A stretch of 63,435 bases of DNA, filler included, from Phoronis australis (GCA_002633005.1; 9 parts of 9 records of this genome joined end to end with filler, not necessarily neighbours in it), one strand, 5' to 3'; shown: positions 38,611 through 52,422, counted from the first letter of the whole stretch. The notes: generated by a model not told the origin, from the letters alone. Translations and numbers: made by a program.

Positions 38611-40358
38611 TACATATGTATTATGTTTGGATGTAAACATGTGCTTATCTTAACAATATAGTACGTTTTGGGATCATGATTTCACTCAGAGATGACGATT
38701 CTGTCACGAGATATTGGTTGGCTTCGATGGTAACTAATTAGCACAGTATAAAGGACGTTTTCACCCCATCATGTTCGCTGAATGCAAAATAATTATACAT
38801 GTAGGTTAATTTCTTTGTACGGCACAAATACATACAGTAAAAAGAAGTGTTTAACAGTTTCCGAAAGTACGTCTGGTCTAATACTCCATTTCATTTGACT
38901 TTTTGAAAGGTTGTTCCCGAATATCCGCAAATGGGCCTACATGTATTANNNNNNNNNNNNNNNNNNNNNNNNNNNNNNNNNNNNNNNNNNNNTTAATTAA
39001 TTAANNNNNNNNNNNNNNNNNNNNNNNNNNNNNNNNNNNNNNNNNNNNCCCCCCCCCCCTGGATGCGCGCATGCCATTTTAACCACTGTAAAAGCACCAG
39101 CGTCACCCATTTCTAACTTGCGTCCTCTAAAAGAATTCCGTTTTGAGTGTAAGAAGCGATGAATCGTATGCAAGATTCGAAATTAATATTGCAGTAGGTG
39201 TACACATAAAACGGCACACGTGGTTCGACTTCAATAGTTTGCACGAACGTGTTTTAGCCACCCTCTAAAAGGACTGCCTGTAGTGCAGACATGTACAGCA
39301 ATATGTAAGAGGTCATCATCAAGAATAGACACTCCTTAATGCGAAATTGGCTTAACCTTGTTCATTACCTACAAAAAGAGGCCGAATTTTTGCCAACTTA
39401 ATTTTCTTTGGTTTAATCTCATCTTCACTGTAACACACTAACGTACCTTGTATCCGAACATGTGGTCTCGTTCTATCAGGATATGGAATACAGATAGCAA
39501 ATTGAGAAATATATTTTTGGCTTGTAGAAGTCACTTAACCATAACCGTAACGTCTGGAAACGAAAGTTTGTCGACGAACTTCTGCAGGCGCCGTACGCCG
39601 TTTCCATACGGCGGTCAGAGTTTTGATATTGTACAGAGCGTAATACATGTAGATTTGCCCTGTATCCCTGTGGTATATAGAATATTCATAACGTTTGTCC
39701 ATGAACGGTATCAAGAGTAATTGGACAGTTCGAGTAGTTTTGCGTGTTATGCATTATTGACATGGATGGTAGCTGCATTCATCGACATTGATTTCAGACT
39801 CATTCTGTGACGTCTCGGCTCATAGATTGTGTTAGCTGTCTCCTCATGTCTAGCCGTCTCACTTTTGTTTTGGGGAAGGATATAATTTATGTACATATTT
39901 GTTGTCTCGTAATATTTAGTTGCCGCCAGATGTGATAAATCTATGCGTGAATTATCGTTCGTTGTTTTCATAATTTGCGAATCCAAGTAGAATTTCCCTG
40001 CAACTACGAGGCAGTAATGTGACGTCCATCGACCTGTTTTCCAAAATACTACAAATTAATTTATGCCTTTCAGGAGAATTGTCTCTTATTATTCAAGCCA
40101 TGAATTTTATGTGAAATTGCTTTAAATGTTTTGGGCATGACTTTTAGAATTTTGTTTATATTTCGCGAATTAACGAGGATCGGGTGGCGCGCAGCCGCTA
40201 ACCCTACAATCACAGGCAAAACACGCGCATAGATGTGTGTGTAAATCTACAGTACATGACGTGTGCATGACGTACATGTGATGGCGTTCCGACGTGAAAT
40301 AATTGAGATGTTATTCGGATGACATACTATGACTAATTCATCCGTGTTCCTTTTGCAG

Positions 40359-40494
40359 CCCTCACGACATCAAACACGCTAACTTCCTTAACTCTATGTG
40401 GATGATCGCCATAACGTTCTTGTCTATTGGTTATGGTGACATAGTACCCAACACCTACTGCGGTCGAGGCATTGCTTTCAGTGTCGGAGTAATG
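40359..40494 (+). CDS. KCNN: SK (small-conductance Ca2+-activated K+ channel) pore exon
   Basis: [45 protein letters not shown] with the GYG filter. Splice sites ttttgcag / gtcagt. Confidence 0.97.
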
Positions 40495-41016
40495 GTCAGT
40501 GCACTATTTTCACCCATTTGCTTCAGTCTAAACGACTAGTTTGTGTTATTTACGCTAAAACATCTTCATTTACGCACCTTTTCCGTATTTTCACACACAT
40601 AAAATTCTCTCAACAACTAAGTTTCCAATACAAGTTGACTACGACAAATTTTAGTTAAACAAATCGTTGAAATTCCTATATCTGACTTTTAATGTGACAA
40701 TAGCGTACATTTATTATCCATTTACGTGTTATCTGACAATTCACTCTACTTTGCAGTCTTGGAACACATTCTGTTCAGTGCCGCTTAAAGAGTTTTCAAA
40801 ACGTACAATTAACGGAATTCATCTACTTAACTCAATGAGAGAAGTAATTTTGTAAAGTTAAAAACAGAAGACAAATGCAAATTGCCATCAATTAAACGAG
40901 ATGTAAATAATTTACTGATGCTATGATACAAACTTTTGTTTTTATTTGACATAATGGCTATTATTATGAACTGTTATATATAGTTTCAATCACCCATGTT
41001 GTATCTGTCTTTGCAG

Positions 41017-41127
41017 GGTGCTGGTTGCACAGCTCTAGTTGTAGCAGTGTTTACGCGAAAACTGGAATTGTCGCGAGCGGAAAAACATGTCCACAATTTC
41101 ATGATGGACACGCAGCTAACCAAAAAG
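41017..41127 (+). CDS. KCNN: SK channel S6 / start of calmodulin-binding domain exon
   Basis: [37 protein letters not shown]. Splice sites ctttgcag / gtttgt. Confidence 0.97.
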
Positions 41128-41502
41128 GTTTGTTTGTCCACTTGACGTTTTCCGTGAATTTTCCAAGAAAAGGTTACATCATAGCGCTCATGTGAAATTA
41201 TGATAAATAAGTTAAACCTGATAATATGAAATCGCCAGTATTTTTATCAATTTCCTGGATTCCGTCGCCAAAGTTACACCATCATTCTGACATTGCATAT
41301 AAACCCCTCGCGTTCGTGAATCTGGAATTTCCGCTGTTTTACCAGCGGGAGACGTGTCTAACATTAGAAAACGGATGGATGCAAACGCTAAATTCTTCGA
41401 TCAATCTTTGAAAAAACCATGCACAATCCCGCATTGCAGTCTTAGAAGCTTTTGATTTAATTTCTTAGCAAATATTAAAATTTTACCTCTTCATTCCCTC
41501 AG

Positions 41503-41630
41503 CTCAAGAATGCGGCTGCGAACGTCTTACGCGAGACCTGGCTTATTTATAAATATACACGATTAGTCAAGCGGGTCAACGCCAGCAAAGTTCGGACACA
41601 TCAGAGGAAATTTCTGCAAGCTATACACAG
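41503..41630 (+). CDS. KCNN: SK channel calmodulin-binding domain exon
   Basis: [42 protein letters not shown]. Splice sites ccctcag / gtgcgt. Confidence 0.97.
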
Positions 41631-41873
41631 GTGCGTATTTTAAAACCTTCAACGTCAAATTTATGTGCGCGTTTACTGTTTTTAGAAAATAGTGTTATTT
41701 TTTATTTTGGGTCTAAAAGTCAGTATATCACTTTCAAAAAGATCTAATTTTCAGCAAATGTTAGGACCGCTAAAATGTAATTCATTGGTGTGCTGGCAAA
41801 CTCAAAATAATGCACGTGGCTCGAATCAGTCTCGTGCAAACATCTCAACAGACTTTGAAGAGGTGATTACTAG

Positions 41874-41970
41874 TAAGACCTGTCGTAATTAGGATAAGAT
41901 AGGTTAAGACATGTCGTAATTAGGATAAGATTGGTTAAGATTTGTCGTAATTTGGATAAGATAGGATAAG
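41874..41970. repeat. 31-bp minisatellite x3 in an SK intron
   Basis: TAAGACCTGTCGTAATTAGGATAAGATAGGT repeated head to tail with few substitutions. Confidence 0.9.
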
Positions 41971-42164
41971 CAATTGTTACCCATAATTGGTAAAAGAAAA
42001 ATATTAAAAATGTTATTTTGACTATGGTAGGTAATGGCTGGGATTGATCATGAACGTGGAAGTCACTGAAAAGTAAAAATATTCAAACAAATCTAAGTAC
42101 AATGGGTTCTTTCTGTTAATTTTCGAGCGGTTAAGACTTGTGTGCTGTTTCACCTTTCTTACAG

Positions 42165-42234
42165 TCTCAGAGACATAAAAGTTTACCAGCGAAAACTGAA
42201 TGACAATGCCAACACGTTAGTCGACATGGCGAAG
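42165..42234 (+). CDS. KCNN: SK channel exon ending the CaM-binding domain
   Basis: (S)LRDIKVYQRKLNDNANTLVDMAK. Splice sites ctttcttacag / gtaagc, phase consistent with the previous exon. Confidence 0.95.
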
Positions 42235-45200
42235 GTAAGCGCAAATCTTTTGAGAGATTATGTACAGAAGGGTTGCATGAGCAAATTTGTAAAAGTACCA
42301 GTTGCGCTGTCAAAATGTTGAACGACATTTATATGGCACAAAATCCTTGTCATTGTATATACGTGTACTACACCTGGGGTTGGCCCACAAACTGACACCG
42401 ACTACGACTTGTCCGTTTAAATGTTTAAATGAATGTAAATCTTAAACGGGCGTGGAAATATAGGTCGCAAGCATTTTTTAAGTCTTGTCTGCACCCCACT
42501 AGATCGTGTGCATGGTCACCAGAAGGTCCCGGGTTCGAGTCGCAGTTGGGGCATACACATTTCAGGGCTTTTATTCATAAAGTCACGTGACGTGGCCAAC
42601 CGGTGGCGTGCGGATCACACTTAAAGTACTTGTGATGAATCTTTAAACAGAAATAATACTCTTTTAATATTTTCACCAGTAAAATATGTGGAGCAAGTTT
42701 GAAAATTCCATACAAAACCTGATAAATTGCTAAATCAACAAACGTGACTAACACTTCAGGCGAGAAAAAAGACTGCTGTGGTGAAGAACCGCCTACTTTA
42801 AAACACCCAGTTCGTGGTTATGTTCGAAATGATACTTTTTATTCAGGTTAGGTACCTGTGATACATCAGCAAGTGACAGAACCTGACCGCTCGCTCAAAC
42901 ATGGCTTAGCATCTTTTTAATAACAAACGTACCTTGGGGCGATATCTGAACGCAGGGGTCACTGTCAGACTGGAAAATGACAAATCATTAAGACTTGCAA
43001 AATGACAAGACGTTACACTGTTGTTCGTCTTGTATTTTGAATATTAATATTGATTTTGAATTTGTTCATGGGTGAGTAGTATTCAACTTCCAAGTTAAAG
43101 CTGTAAATGGCGTTTCATCACTCAAATGTTCACCTCACCGCGAACGCGTGTTCGCGAAATCACGAATTGCTCAATTGCCACAACTCCGCGTGCTTTGTGT
43201 GGTGTTGAGAATGTCCGCGCACCAATCAATACATCCGTTAAACGTGTTTTTGTCTCATGTGTTTGGACTGAAGATTACCAATTTCGCTTGTTGCATGAAC
43301 ACACGGTTCTCCCCTTTTCCACATGTCCAAGTACATAAACTGACCCAAAACCCTCCAATCAACTATTCCAGTGTTGCTCCTGAGGCGTTCGTCTACATGT
43401 ACAGTAGGTCCCTCTTTCGGTGACCAGTGGAATCATGGGTCTCCATCAATTTTTTCTGCTCGCTGTGAGACTGCGGGGAGGTCTTTAGATTGTTGCGAAT
43501 AGATATTGAAATCCGTTTAACGGTTTATGTTGTTCAATATTGTTTGACGATTGACGAGACTACAATTTGATCTGCAGGGTGTTTCCATTTGATTTCTTCG
43601 TTTGGTAAACATCAAGTTTGGGGAACACTGGTTGCATTAGAGGTTTTCGCCTTTTAAAATGTCTTCATAACACGGGCGATAACGGTGGGTTGTCATAGTT
43701 CTTCATGAGTAATATTCAATTTTGTGCTGGTCCTCAAAACTATTTAAAATGCAACGAGGGATTACTTGTGCACAGGTACGACAGGGGGACAAAGGTGTTT
43801 GATCGGCTGATCTATTCCCGGTGAATTTCGACGACGATCTTAGGTGATGGAGCTCTCGCCATCCCTCACATCTCGGCCTGAGATATGCCCTGTGTTTCAC
43901 TGAATACTGAACCATACATGAATATGTTGAAGGCACTCCTTTGGTCAACTTTGTCGATGGTCTATATTGATTAACAAAACCTGCATGTTCTGGGTTTTAT
44001 CATCGACTTATTTACGGAAAAGCAGAAACTCAAACTGTGCAGCGTATTATCCCCATTTGAATGTTACTCAGGTATCACGTCATTTTGGTCATGCGCAGTG
44101 AGTTCTTGACTAAGAGCAAAAATGTTACCATGCACATTAGGTGAACAGATAATTTTCATTTCTTCTGTTATATTCAAAACCCCTGAAGTTATGCTTAGGC
44201 GGCGTACTGTATACTGACACTTTCTCGACTTCTTGTTGTGTCCAGTAATAATTCAGATGTAGTGTTGCTTGATTTTATGCATTCAAGATCCATGTGGCAA
44301 GATGTGCTTGATTACCCTGCCGCAAGATGTCGCTGACTATCTTACAGCAAGTGCCTTGGGGTTTTAAAAATGCAACNNNNNNNNNNNNNNNNNNNNNNNN
44401 NNNNNNNNNNNNNNNNNNNNTTAATTAATTAANNNNNNNNNNNNNNNNNNNNNNNNNNNNNNNNNNNNNNNNNNNNAGTGGGTAACTATACCACTTGAGC
44501 TATAGTTTGATCCTTTTGATTTTAAATTGAAAGTATTTCAATTTTTGGAAAAGTGTAATTTGGATTTAAATCAGTTGAAATTGCATAGAATTTTCATCCA
44601 GCTCAGCCTGTGTTGCCTTGTCTAGACTCAGTACAACATGTCATTGTTCTTTTGGCACTCTATTGATTGGAGTTGGGTTACCTATTATTGTTTTCTAATA
44701 TCCCTATACAGCTTACTACTGATGCTGGAAAATCCTGTTAGGACATCAATAGAACATTTATGAAGCATCCTTTTCAGAAGCCAATTTTTCATTATAATTG
44801 GATGGGGTAGGTTTGTTTGAACTGAAGGTGCTTCATAAAGGTTTTAATCGTGTATTTATAGTTGAGAGGGAGGTTTGTGTTTAGATATGAAATTGTGAAA
44901 ATGTCATCATTGACTGGTCACTTTGAGAAGTGATCTACCTGTTACAGAACGTGATTCCCTGGTTTGGAAATCGCAGTGTCATTGAAGACATATATTTTAC
45001 TGTTCCTTCGATCAAACTATACTGTTAAAAATTGCAAGAGTTATTATTTTAATGTTAGTAGATCACACTAACCAACTTCAACTTAAATCGATGATCNCAA
45101 TTTGTAAATTTGTAAAATGTTGATTTTTCCTTTGTTGCATGCATTAGGCAAATTTTACGCTAACTGGATTTGCTCGCAAGTGGATGGAAAGCGAGCACAG

Positions 45201-45877
45201 TTTACACCCAGAGTATCTAGCAAAGTCCTTGGCTCATCAAAGGCTTGATGGTGACACTGATTTAAGTGAGCTAGTTGCTATTCATGGACTTAGCTGAAGG
45301 TGTCGGATGAGATATGCAGTGGTAAACCAACACGCCTATTTAGTGTACAAGTTTCAGAGTCAAAAAACGAACAAAGTAAGGCAAACTACCAACGTGACTA
45401 CTTCTAAAATTGAAAAGTAAAACGGTGCATTATAAGAGAAATTAGTGGATAGCTTTTCTTCAGAATCATGGCTAAGCCAGGAGCATCAATTTCAATCAGG
45501 ACAGAGTTAAGCTCACTTAGGTGTTGGGCTAACAGAACCCCAAATGTTAGCATAAGATTTGTCTCACGTGCACTTGCAGGATCAGCAAAAGGTGAATGCA
45601 TGTCAGCACTGAATCAGTGGCATGTGATTGTCAAAAGGTGCTAAATTTTCATCTGTTGCCTCACTTCAGGTAATTTAATTGGAGATCGTTATACTTTTGT
45701 GATCTAGGAAAATCCATTTTATCAGATGCTGCATAGGACAAAACTTCTATAAAATAAGACAAGAATAATTGCTGTACTTAACTGCCTTTTCCTTATTTTG
45801 CAAGGCTCAGTATTACATGGGCTCAAATGCTCAAAATTTCCCCCAAAAGTTGCTTTGTGACAGCTATACTGTACAGA

Positions 45878-46015
45878 CATGGGCGGCGCACCATAGGGGG
45901 CTGGGGGAGCTATATATAGCCCCCACTTTTTTCAGTGCTACGCACACATGGTCCATAGGCGGTGCACCAGGGGGAGCTTTAGCCCCCCACTTTTTTCAGT
46001 GCTGCATCACCAATG
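45878..46015 (-). mobile_element. Dimeric CATGGGCGG MITE, copy 1, 5-bp TSD ACAGA
   Basis: ACAGA at 45873-45877 and 46016-46020. Two tandem units, each containing AGCCCCC(C)ACTTTTTTCAGTGCT. Confidence 0.85.
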
Positions 46016-48614
46016 ACAGACCTTGCTTACAAGCTACTTAAAACATTTCCTACAATTTTATTATAAATGGGTGCTCAATACTCATTCCTCATGGCATTCC
46101 AGCTCTCAGAACAGAATCCATAGGGGGCAACAAAACAATTGTGATGGGACTACGTTAGTAGGTGTACTTTGTTTATTGTTATGCTTATTTAGTTGCTATT
46201 GTTCATTTATTCCTATGCTTAATGTCTTTTGTTGCGTCTCAGTGCACTGTATAGCCTAGTCTTTGTTACGTGGCCATGCGAGCGTGACTGTATGCATGTG
46301 TCTGAGGCACTTCTTCGCTATCAACAGGCTTTCGAGAAGGGTGTGTTTCCGTCTTTGGCCTATGTGGAATTCAGCGTATGTCATGTGCAACTGAACTGAA
46401 ATGTATGTGTTGAGGTGAAATACACATTGTGGTGTTCAGTTTGGAGATTTCCTTTGTTATATTTGGTGCCCAACATGCTGTGATCCTATGGGAACTTTTG
46501 TTTGGTGATGACATCTAACAAACTATGGCCGTGCTACGGCCTTGCATGGTAGATTGAACCTCTACCTGACTTTACAAGATTTGTGTCTTACGGCTTGGGT
46601 AAGAATTTTCTCTCGAATGGGCACTGTCTTACTTTGCTACTACCATGGTCACAAGTTCGTGGTGTTGTCGTGAATTACATATCCTTGTGCTTACCAAGAG
46701 GAAGGGAAGTTTTCGGGACTATGTATTTGACAACGCCCTATCCTGCGGGAAACTGAACTCACTTGTTTTGCATCACTGAATTCTTTTATTAGTGCCTGAT
46801 ATAAGTTCACTCAATGTGCCTTGTATTGAGAGTGCTTTAATTTCATAAACATGTCTATTTTCATGCAGTACGGAGGTCATGTTATCTCACATTAATGGGG
46901 TTTTTCTAAGATTGTTCATGGTCCTTGCTTTTCATTCTTTGTCATGGATTCCCTGTGTGACAAATGTGTGATTGTTCCTGACGTGCCAGAGTGTGAGGAT
47001 GGTGAGTTGCTGAATTTTCTGCCTGCTAACATGACTGCGTTCTGTCATTCAGCAACTTTTCCAGAGGTGAGGGGTTCTGAACGTGCGATAACATCTGGCT
47101 CCTTTGTTAGCTGCCCAGCACAGTCTTTTGTCCCGTATGACAACAAGCATGCCAATTATCTCCCAGGCTTCAAAGGGTTACTGAAAACTGGCAAAATGGA
47201 TTGTCTTAACTTCTGTTGTAGTTGGGCAATTTTGCATGGTTATTCAAAAACTAAACATGATCAGCATTTGACAAGGAATTCAGATGCTATTTGCTTATGT
47301 TCAAATATGTTATAACTTAACATTCATTTTTAGCAGCACCGACAGCCCAGTCAGGCTAGATACGATCTGATGAGAGATTAGAGCAATTGTCGGACAAAAG
47401 AGAGCCGGCCCTTCAACCATAAATGCCAGAATGGAGATAATCAGTCGTGTAAGATATCACTGGCTACCGCGGTGATCTTCCCAACTTGTTGGGCTATAGA
47501 ATCGAACAAGTTGGGAGCAACGAGAAAATGCCGTAATGAAATTCGCAATGGCGTTAAGCATGCTTGTCGAGTTAACTTATCACGGCTTTTACATAGTCTG
47601 TGATTCTGACAAATTGGTTAATAATGTGTTAATTTCGTTCGTAAGAACCATTTCAAGGATTTCAAATTGAAAATTTCAGAAGCTACTGTTACTGATGAGT
47701 CGTTTCTCTGTGAGTGTGTCAGTAAAAGTGATGAAAATATGTCATCGTTGATTTCAATGATAGGCGAGTTGTCTCCTGTTCAAAAGAAAATGGTGTCATC
47801 TGCTGCTGCGTCAGGCGACTCTAGCAGTGTTGAGAGTAACATGTGTTTTTGAGTATGAACTCATGGGGGTAATGTTGTTCATAGTGACTTTGTTCGCTTA
47901 GCACATTTTCCAGGCAGTGATAGCACAGGAATTTCCTTTCAACAGCAGTGGTTCAGTGTTTGCAGGTTATGTAAAACGACGCATGACTTTACCAGACGTG
48001 GGGGGGGGTTCTGAGCGTGTGATAACANNNNNNNNNNNNNNNNNNNNNNNNNNNNNNNNNNNNNNNNNNNNTTAATTAATTAANNNNNNNNNNNNNNNNN
48101 NNNNNNNNNNNNNNNNNNNNNNNNNNNACTGTAAGTGATGTAATACGGTGACTAAACTAAACAAGTAATGAACCAAAAACACAATAACACATTCTGCGAC
48201 ACAAGTACTACAATTAATCGAGTAAACTTTGATTCCGCAACTCTTTAGCTATGAATTGTATGCAAAGTAACCACGGTAATCCATTAGGTCCACAATTTAA
48301 TCACATGAAAAACCATAACTCCCGGTCTGTAGAACAAACCAATGGGTTGGTTCAAAAGAGAAAAACCGAAAGCAGAGGGATGTTGTTCATCAGACAATCA
48401 CATACAGTAATATGCAGTACACCTTGTTTAGAACGTTGACAACATTACATACAAACTTTCAATTTCCAGACTATCATGGTTACAAAAATGTATCACTATC
48501 ATATCAATATCAAAGCACAGAAGTATTTGGTGTATAAACAAAAGCATTGGGCCTCTTACTTGGCAATGTTCTCACCCGACATTGGTGAGACTTTACTGTA
48601 GGCCCACGTACCAA

Positions 48615-50400
48615 CTGCTGGCCTTGAAACAGGACAGCTTTATTGTACACAAGTCTCAAAAAATTTCCACTCTGTTTCAGATTATACAGTTTCGTGATGT
48701 GATGGATTTTTAAGTCACAATAGACTTTAACAATGGCTTTTGCTAGGGAAAACACGTGATTATCTGCACTATGATGTATCTGTAATTCGTTCAGGAAAAC
48801 ACTAAGGCAACATCCATCAGCACACAACTTCAAACAACTTCATTGCAACTTCAAACAACTTACATCGGTATTGACCATAGTCACTCGGCCACATCATGTG
48901 ACCTAAGGGTTTTTCACTGGGCATAATAACTTTAATACACCTTTCTGATGGCATCACAAGGCCTACTTTCTGTTTTAAATGTTATAAGGTGCAGGTGTTT
49001 TTGTAAGTAGGTGATGGTGCATTGCTTACAATAGAGTCTCTGCACGTAACACGTACAAGAAATTCGAGTAATTGTCTCACGGCCCACCAAGCAACATGGA
49101 CTCTGTGTTTTCGATTACTAAACCTAAGCTTGATGAAAAGTCGTAGCCCTCGTTCGTGTGGCTCCTGTATGTGGCTGGTATGTAGGTACTGCGAGCTGGA
49201 TCAGTTCCGTATCGTCCAGTATATGACAGAATTAACAGTTACCGGTTGATGACACCTGGAAATGTTGTTGGAGTTGTCAAGTTACACATTTAGAATTAGT
49301 ATAATTACTGGAATCTGTCACACATGTGACATTTAGAACCCAAATTCAAGTTTTTGAAACATATGACACATTTAACTCGAAAAATTACACTCACATTTTC
49401 AAAATCCGTAGACACAGTTTGTACGGTAAAGGATGCTGACAAACGTTGCTAAGAAGTAAGTAGACGACAAACATTTATTTCCAAAATACCGTATTAATAA
49501 TTTCTTGTTAAATGATTTCAATGATACATCAAAAAGAAACATTTACCTGCTGGGCCCCGGGGGCCACAACGTGACATTGTTTTTCAAAATGTGCCTTGAA
49601 GGGTTTTCGTAGATTGTTGTTGTTCCAGCCACCTAAAAGCAGATTATGAAAGTCAGAAATTTTATCAGTATTATACTTTATGCACAGTATGTCAACATGT
49701 TATAGTCAACCTGATAGGTAGACCTGCTCAACAAGCCATCGCTATCTGACTTTCAACACTCCTTGAATAATGGCTTCTATTATGAACAAATGAAAAGTGG
49801 GCTAGCTTGCGCAGCTGGCTGTCACAAAATGCAATTATAGCACAATTTGTCGTCAAAATTGGCCAAAGGAACTGTTTTTGAAAATGAACGAACTCTTGTT
49901 TAGTTTCAAACCCAGAACAGAAAACAAAGTAGGCCTAGGATCAGGTTGATATTTTTCAGATGCACTTAACAGACACTAATCTTTTGAAAATGTTTACTTT
50001 TCTTAAGATTTTTAGATTTTCTATATTAAGTTATTAAAGAGGAAAAAATTTTTCTGGTCACATGAACAAATTACGGTTAACATATCTGAGCAACATACAT
50101 CCACAAGGCAATTCTCAAATACACCAAACCACTACTCAACCTGCTACATAACCTAAAATACTAACTTGGTCGCCTCATGGCGTTGAAGAAAAGCTCCACA
50201 TTGTCTTGTGACAGCTTGTAGGTCAGTAAGAAACTCTCTGAAGGGAGTAGGTCCTCAACGAGTCCAAGACACACATTGATCTGTAAAATGTATTGGCATG
50301 ATGAAGTTTGGGAGTAATGCAGAATTATAGGTTTGCCATGGGAGATGTTCACAAAGGAACAGTATCTGCTCATATTGGTAACTACTCTAATGCTGAAAAA
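48615..50400 (-). pseudogene. Intron-containing P-element/THAP9-like transposase relic (C-terminal half)
   Basis: Exon-like pieces: 50280-50166 FLLTYKLSQDNVELFFNAMRR; 49632-49547 GWNNN; ~49100-48900 VRQLL..CRDSI..LK..GLVMPS; 48790-48615 DNHVFSLAKAIVKVY..LR..NKAVLFQGQ. AG/GT boundaries are visible, with stops and frameshifts. Confidence 0.82.
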
Positions 50401-52274
50401 GGGAGAAACTTTAAAAGTCTAATCACTCATGAAAATACCCCTGGGCATTGAAAAACTATGGTTGCATGCCACAACATTATTTTTGACATTTGATTAGGCT
50501 ATTCTCGGGTAACTATTTACCTAAAGCAGACGTATTTTCAAAACGGTATCAATGGCNNNNNNNNNNNNNNNNNNNNNNNNNNNNNNNNNNNNNNNNNNNN
50601 TTAATTAATTAANNNNNNNNNNNNNNNNNNNNNNNNNNNNNNNNNNNNNNNNNNNNGCATATGATACAAGGTGGCTAGCTATTATCATAAACTTCTATCT
50701 TGTTAATTATGTCCACAGTGTAATCCATGGGCTTAGTTATAAAACTGATCACAAATAACGTGCCAGACTTGGCCAAGTGTAACATAAGTTACATCAAATT
50801 GTGAACTTAGAAGTTCCAAACAAAATGCATAATACTCTGAGTGCATTCTCAAGAAAACTTCACAGGTACGGGAAATGTTCGAGTAAGCGTTCCTAATGTG
50901 TTGGAAATTTTACTCAGAAATTTTTGGTCGTCACGCTTTCTAGAGTACCACTCTGCGAGAATAAGTGAAGATGCATAAAAGATCAGGCCCATTTACAGAC
51001 AATAATGCGATAACTGTTGTTAAATGTTATTAATTAGATCATTTAGAACAGCATGTTCTGTAGTTCAAGAAAATTCAAGTACACATGCGCATTGGTGTTA
51101 TGCCACCGTAAAGTTGTGGATACTCACAACCTACACTGAAGGATGAAAAAGGGACGTCATTTTAGCAACTGTTTCTGTCCGAAATTAGCAACATTTTGCT
51201 GTAGGTCAGAGAGTTCAATGAGATCTCCAGCTTGTGTTGTTGATCAAACTGGCCAGGCCAAGCAGGCTCAAAACAGTATTTATTCTTGACTGACAAGTTT
51301 TAAATTCAATTGAAAACATCTGTTAGTCCTCCCACCCATAAATTTCTACCACTGGACAGGTAAAGAGAAAACCAGACAGGTCAATGTAGGAGTACACAAA
51401 CCTTCCCATAGACAATATTCAAGGTCACCTGTTTGGTTTGTTTCATGTAACTGGTGCATGTTCCCATGCATTACATGAAAAAACTAGTCATGCAGCTGTC
51501 ATCCACACCAACAGGGTGATTAGAAGGAACTGATCATCAATTCTCGCTGGCAATACATAACCGATTGCCATGGTAACAGCCAGCATTATTTCCCAATTTG
51601 ATCATATTTTGACAATGAGTTAGAGAGGAATAAATTGCATCGTTTGCTTCACAAGGACAGTCACGCCAATCCAAGTTGCCCCAGGTTGGGTGGAATGCTA
51701 CATACTAAGACACCTACACAAACGTCCATCATGCCACTGGAAGGTTCTCATTCAACCAAGGGACGCATTAACTAACCACAGTTAAAAAGCTACATAAACT
51801 ATGCAGTTTTAACTTCCACTCAAGATAGAGTTTGGAAGGTTCAAAATTCACGTGATTTTGACACTTTTTATTCGCCAATATTGTTTTTGGCACAGGAAAT
51901 TATATTCTAATATGGCATGGAAATATTCAGACAAAACACCCAATAATAACATACTATTTATCTGCATTATGATTAAACTGGACACTCTCCATAACTTTAA
52001 ACCCATCACTTGCTTGATTTCACTCCACATTGCAATTGATATTAGCTATCTTACAGCAATTGACATGTACATGTACACCCTGACTTCAACTCTCCTCTTT
52101 CCGGAGATAGAAAAACGCATTCTATAATTGACCCAGTTTGCAAAAGTTAGGAACACCCAAGCACTATGGTGGCCAGTGGAATAATTGGGTTGGCGAGGTT
52201 GCAATGCTGAACTATGCGACAGAATTAATTGTTTACGTTCCTTGAGAAAAAAATTCTCCCTGCAGGTGCTTAAT

Positions 52275-52422
52275 AGGGGAGTTGCAACTGAATCGATTTA
52301 ACGATTGCGCATGTCCGGAAATTAGGGTGCGCAAAGGCTACTGGGATATACTGAAGTTTACCATTGTAACCACAATGCAACATTCTGACCCATTTCCAAT
52401 ATGGCGGCGTTGCAACTCCCCT
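52275..52422. mobile_element. 148-bp MITE of an ISL2EU-like THAP transposon
   Basis: Perfect 14-bp TIR AGGGGAGTTGCAAC, flanked by AT on both sides. The right 56 bp match 56652-56707 at 55/56. Confidence 0.88.

Noticed and set aside
41874-41970. 31-bp repeats as a CRISPR array
   Set aside because: Head-to-tail with no spacers; an ordinary minisatellite.
42500-42570. tRNA or SINE (GGTTCGAGTC B box)
   Set aside because: No convincing A box or cloverleaf; too little to annotate.
44626-44690. Next SK exon (TQYNM...)
   Set aside because: Only TQ..M matches. The rest lacks the expected coiled-coil sequence and it lies beyond a linker.
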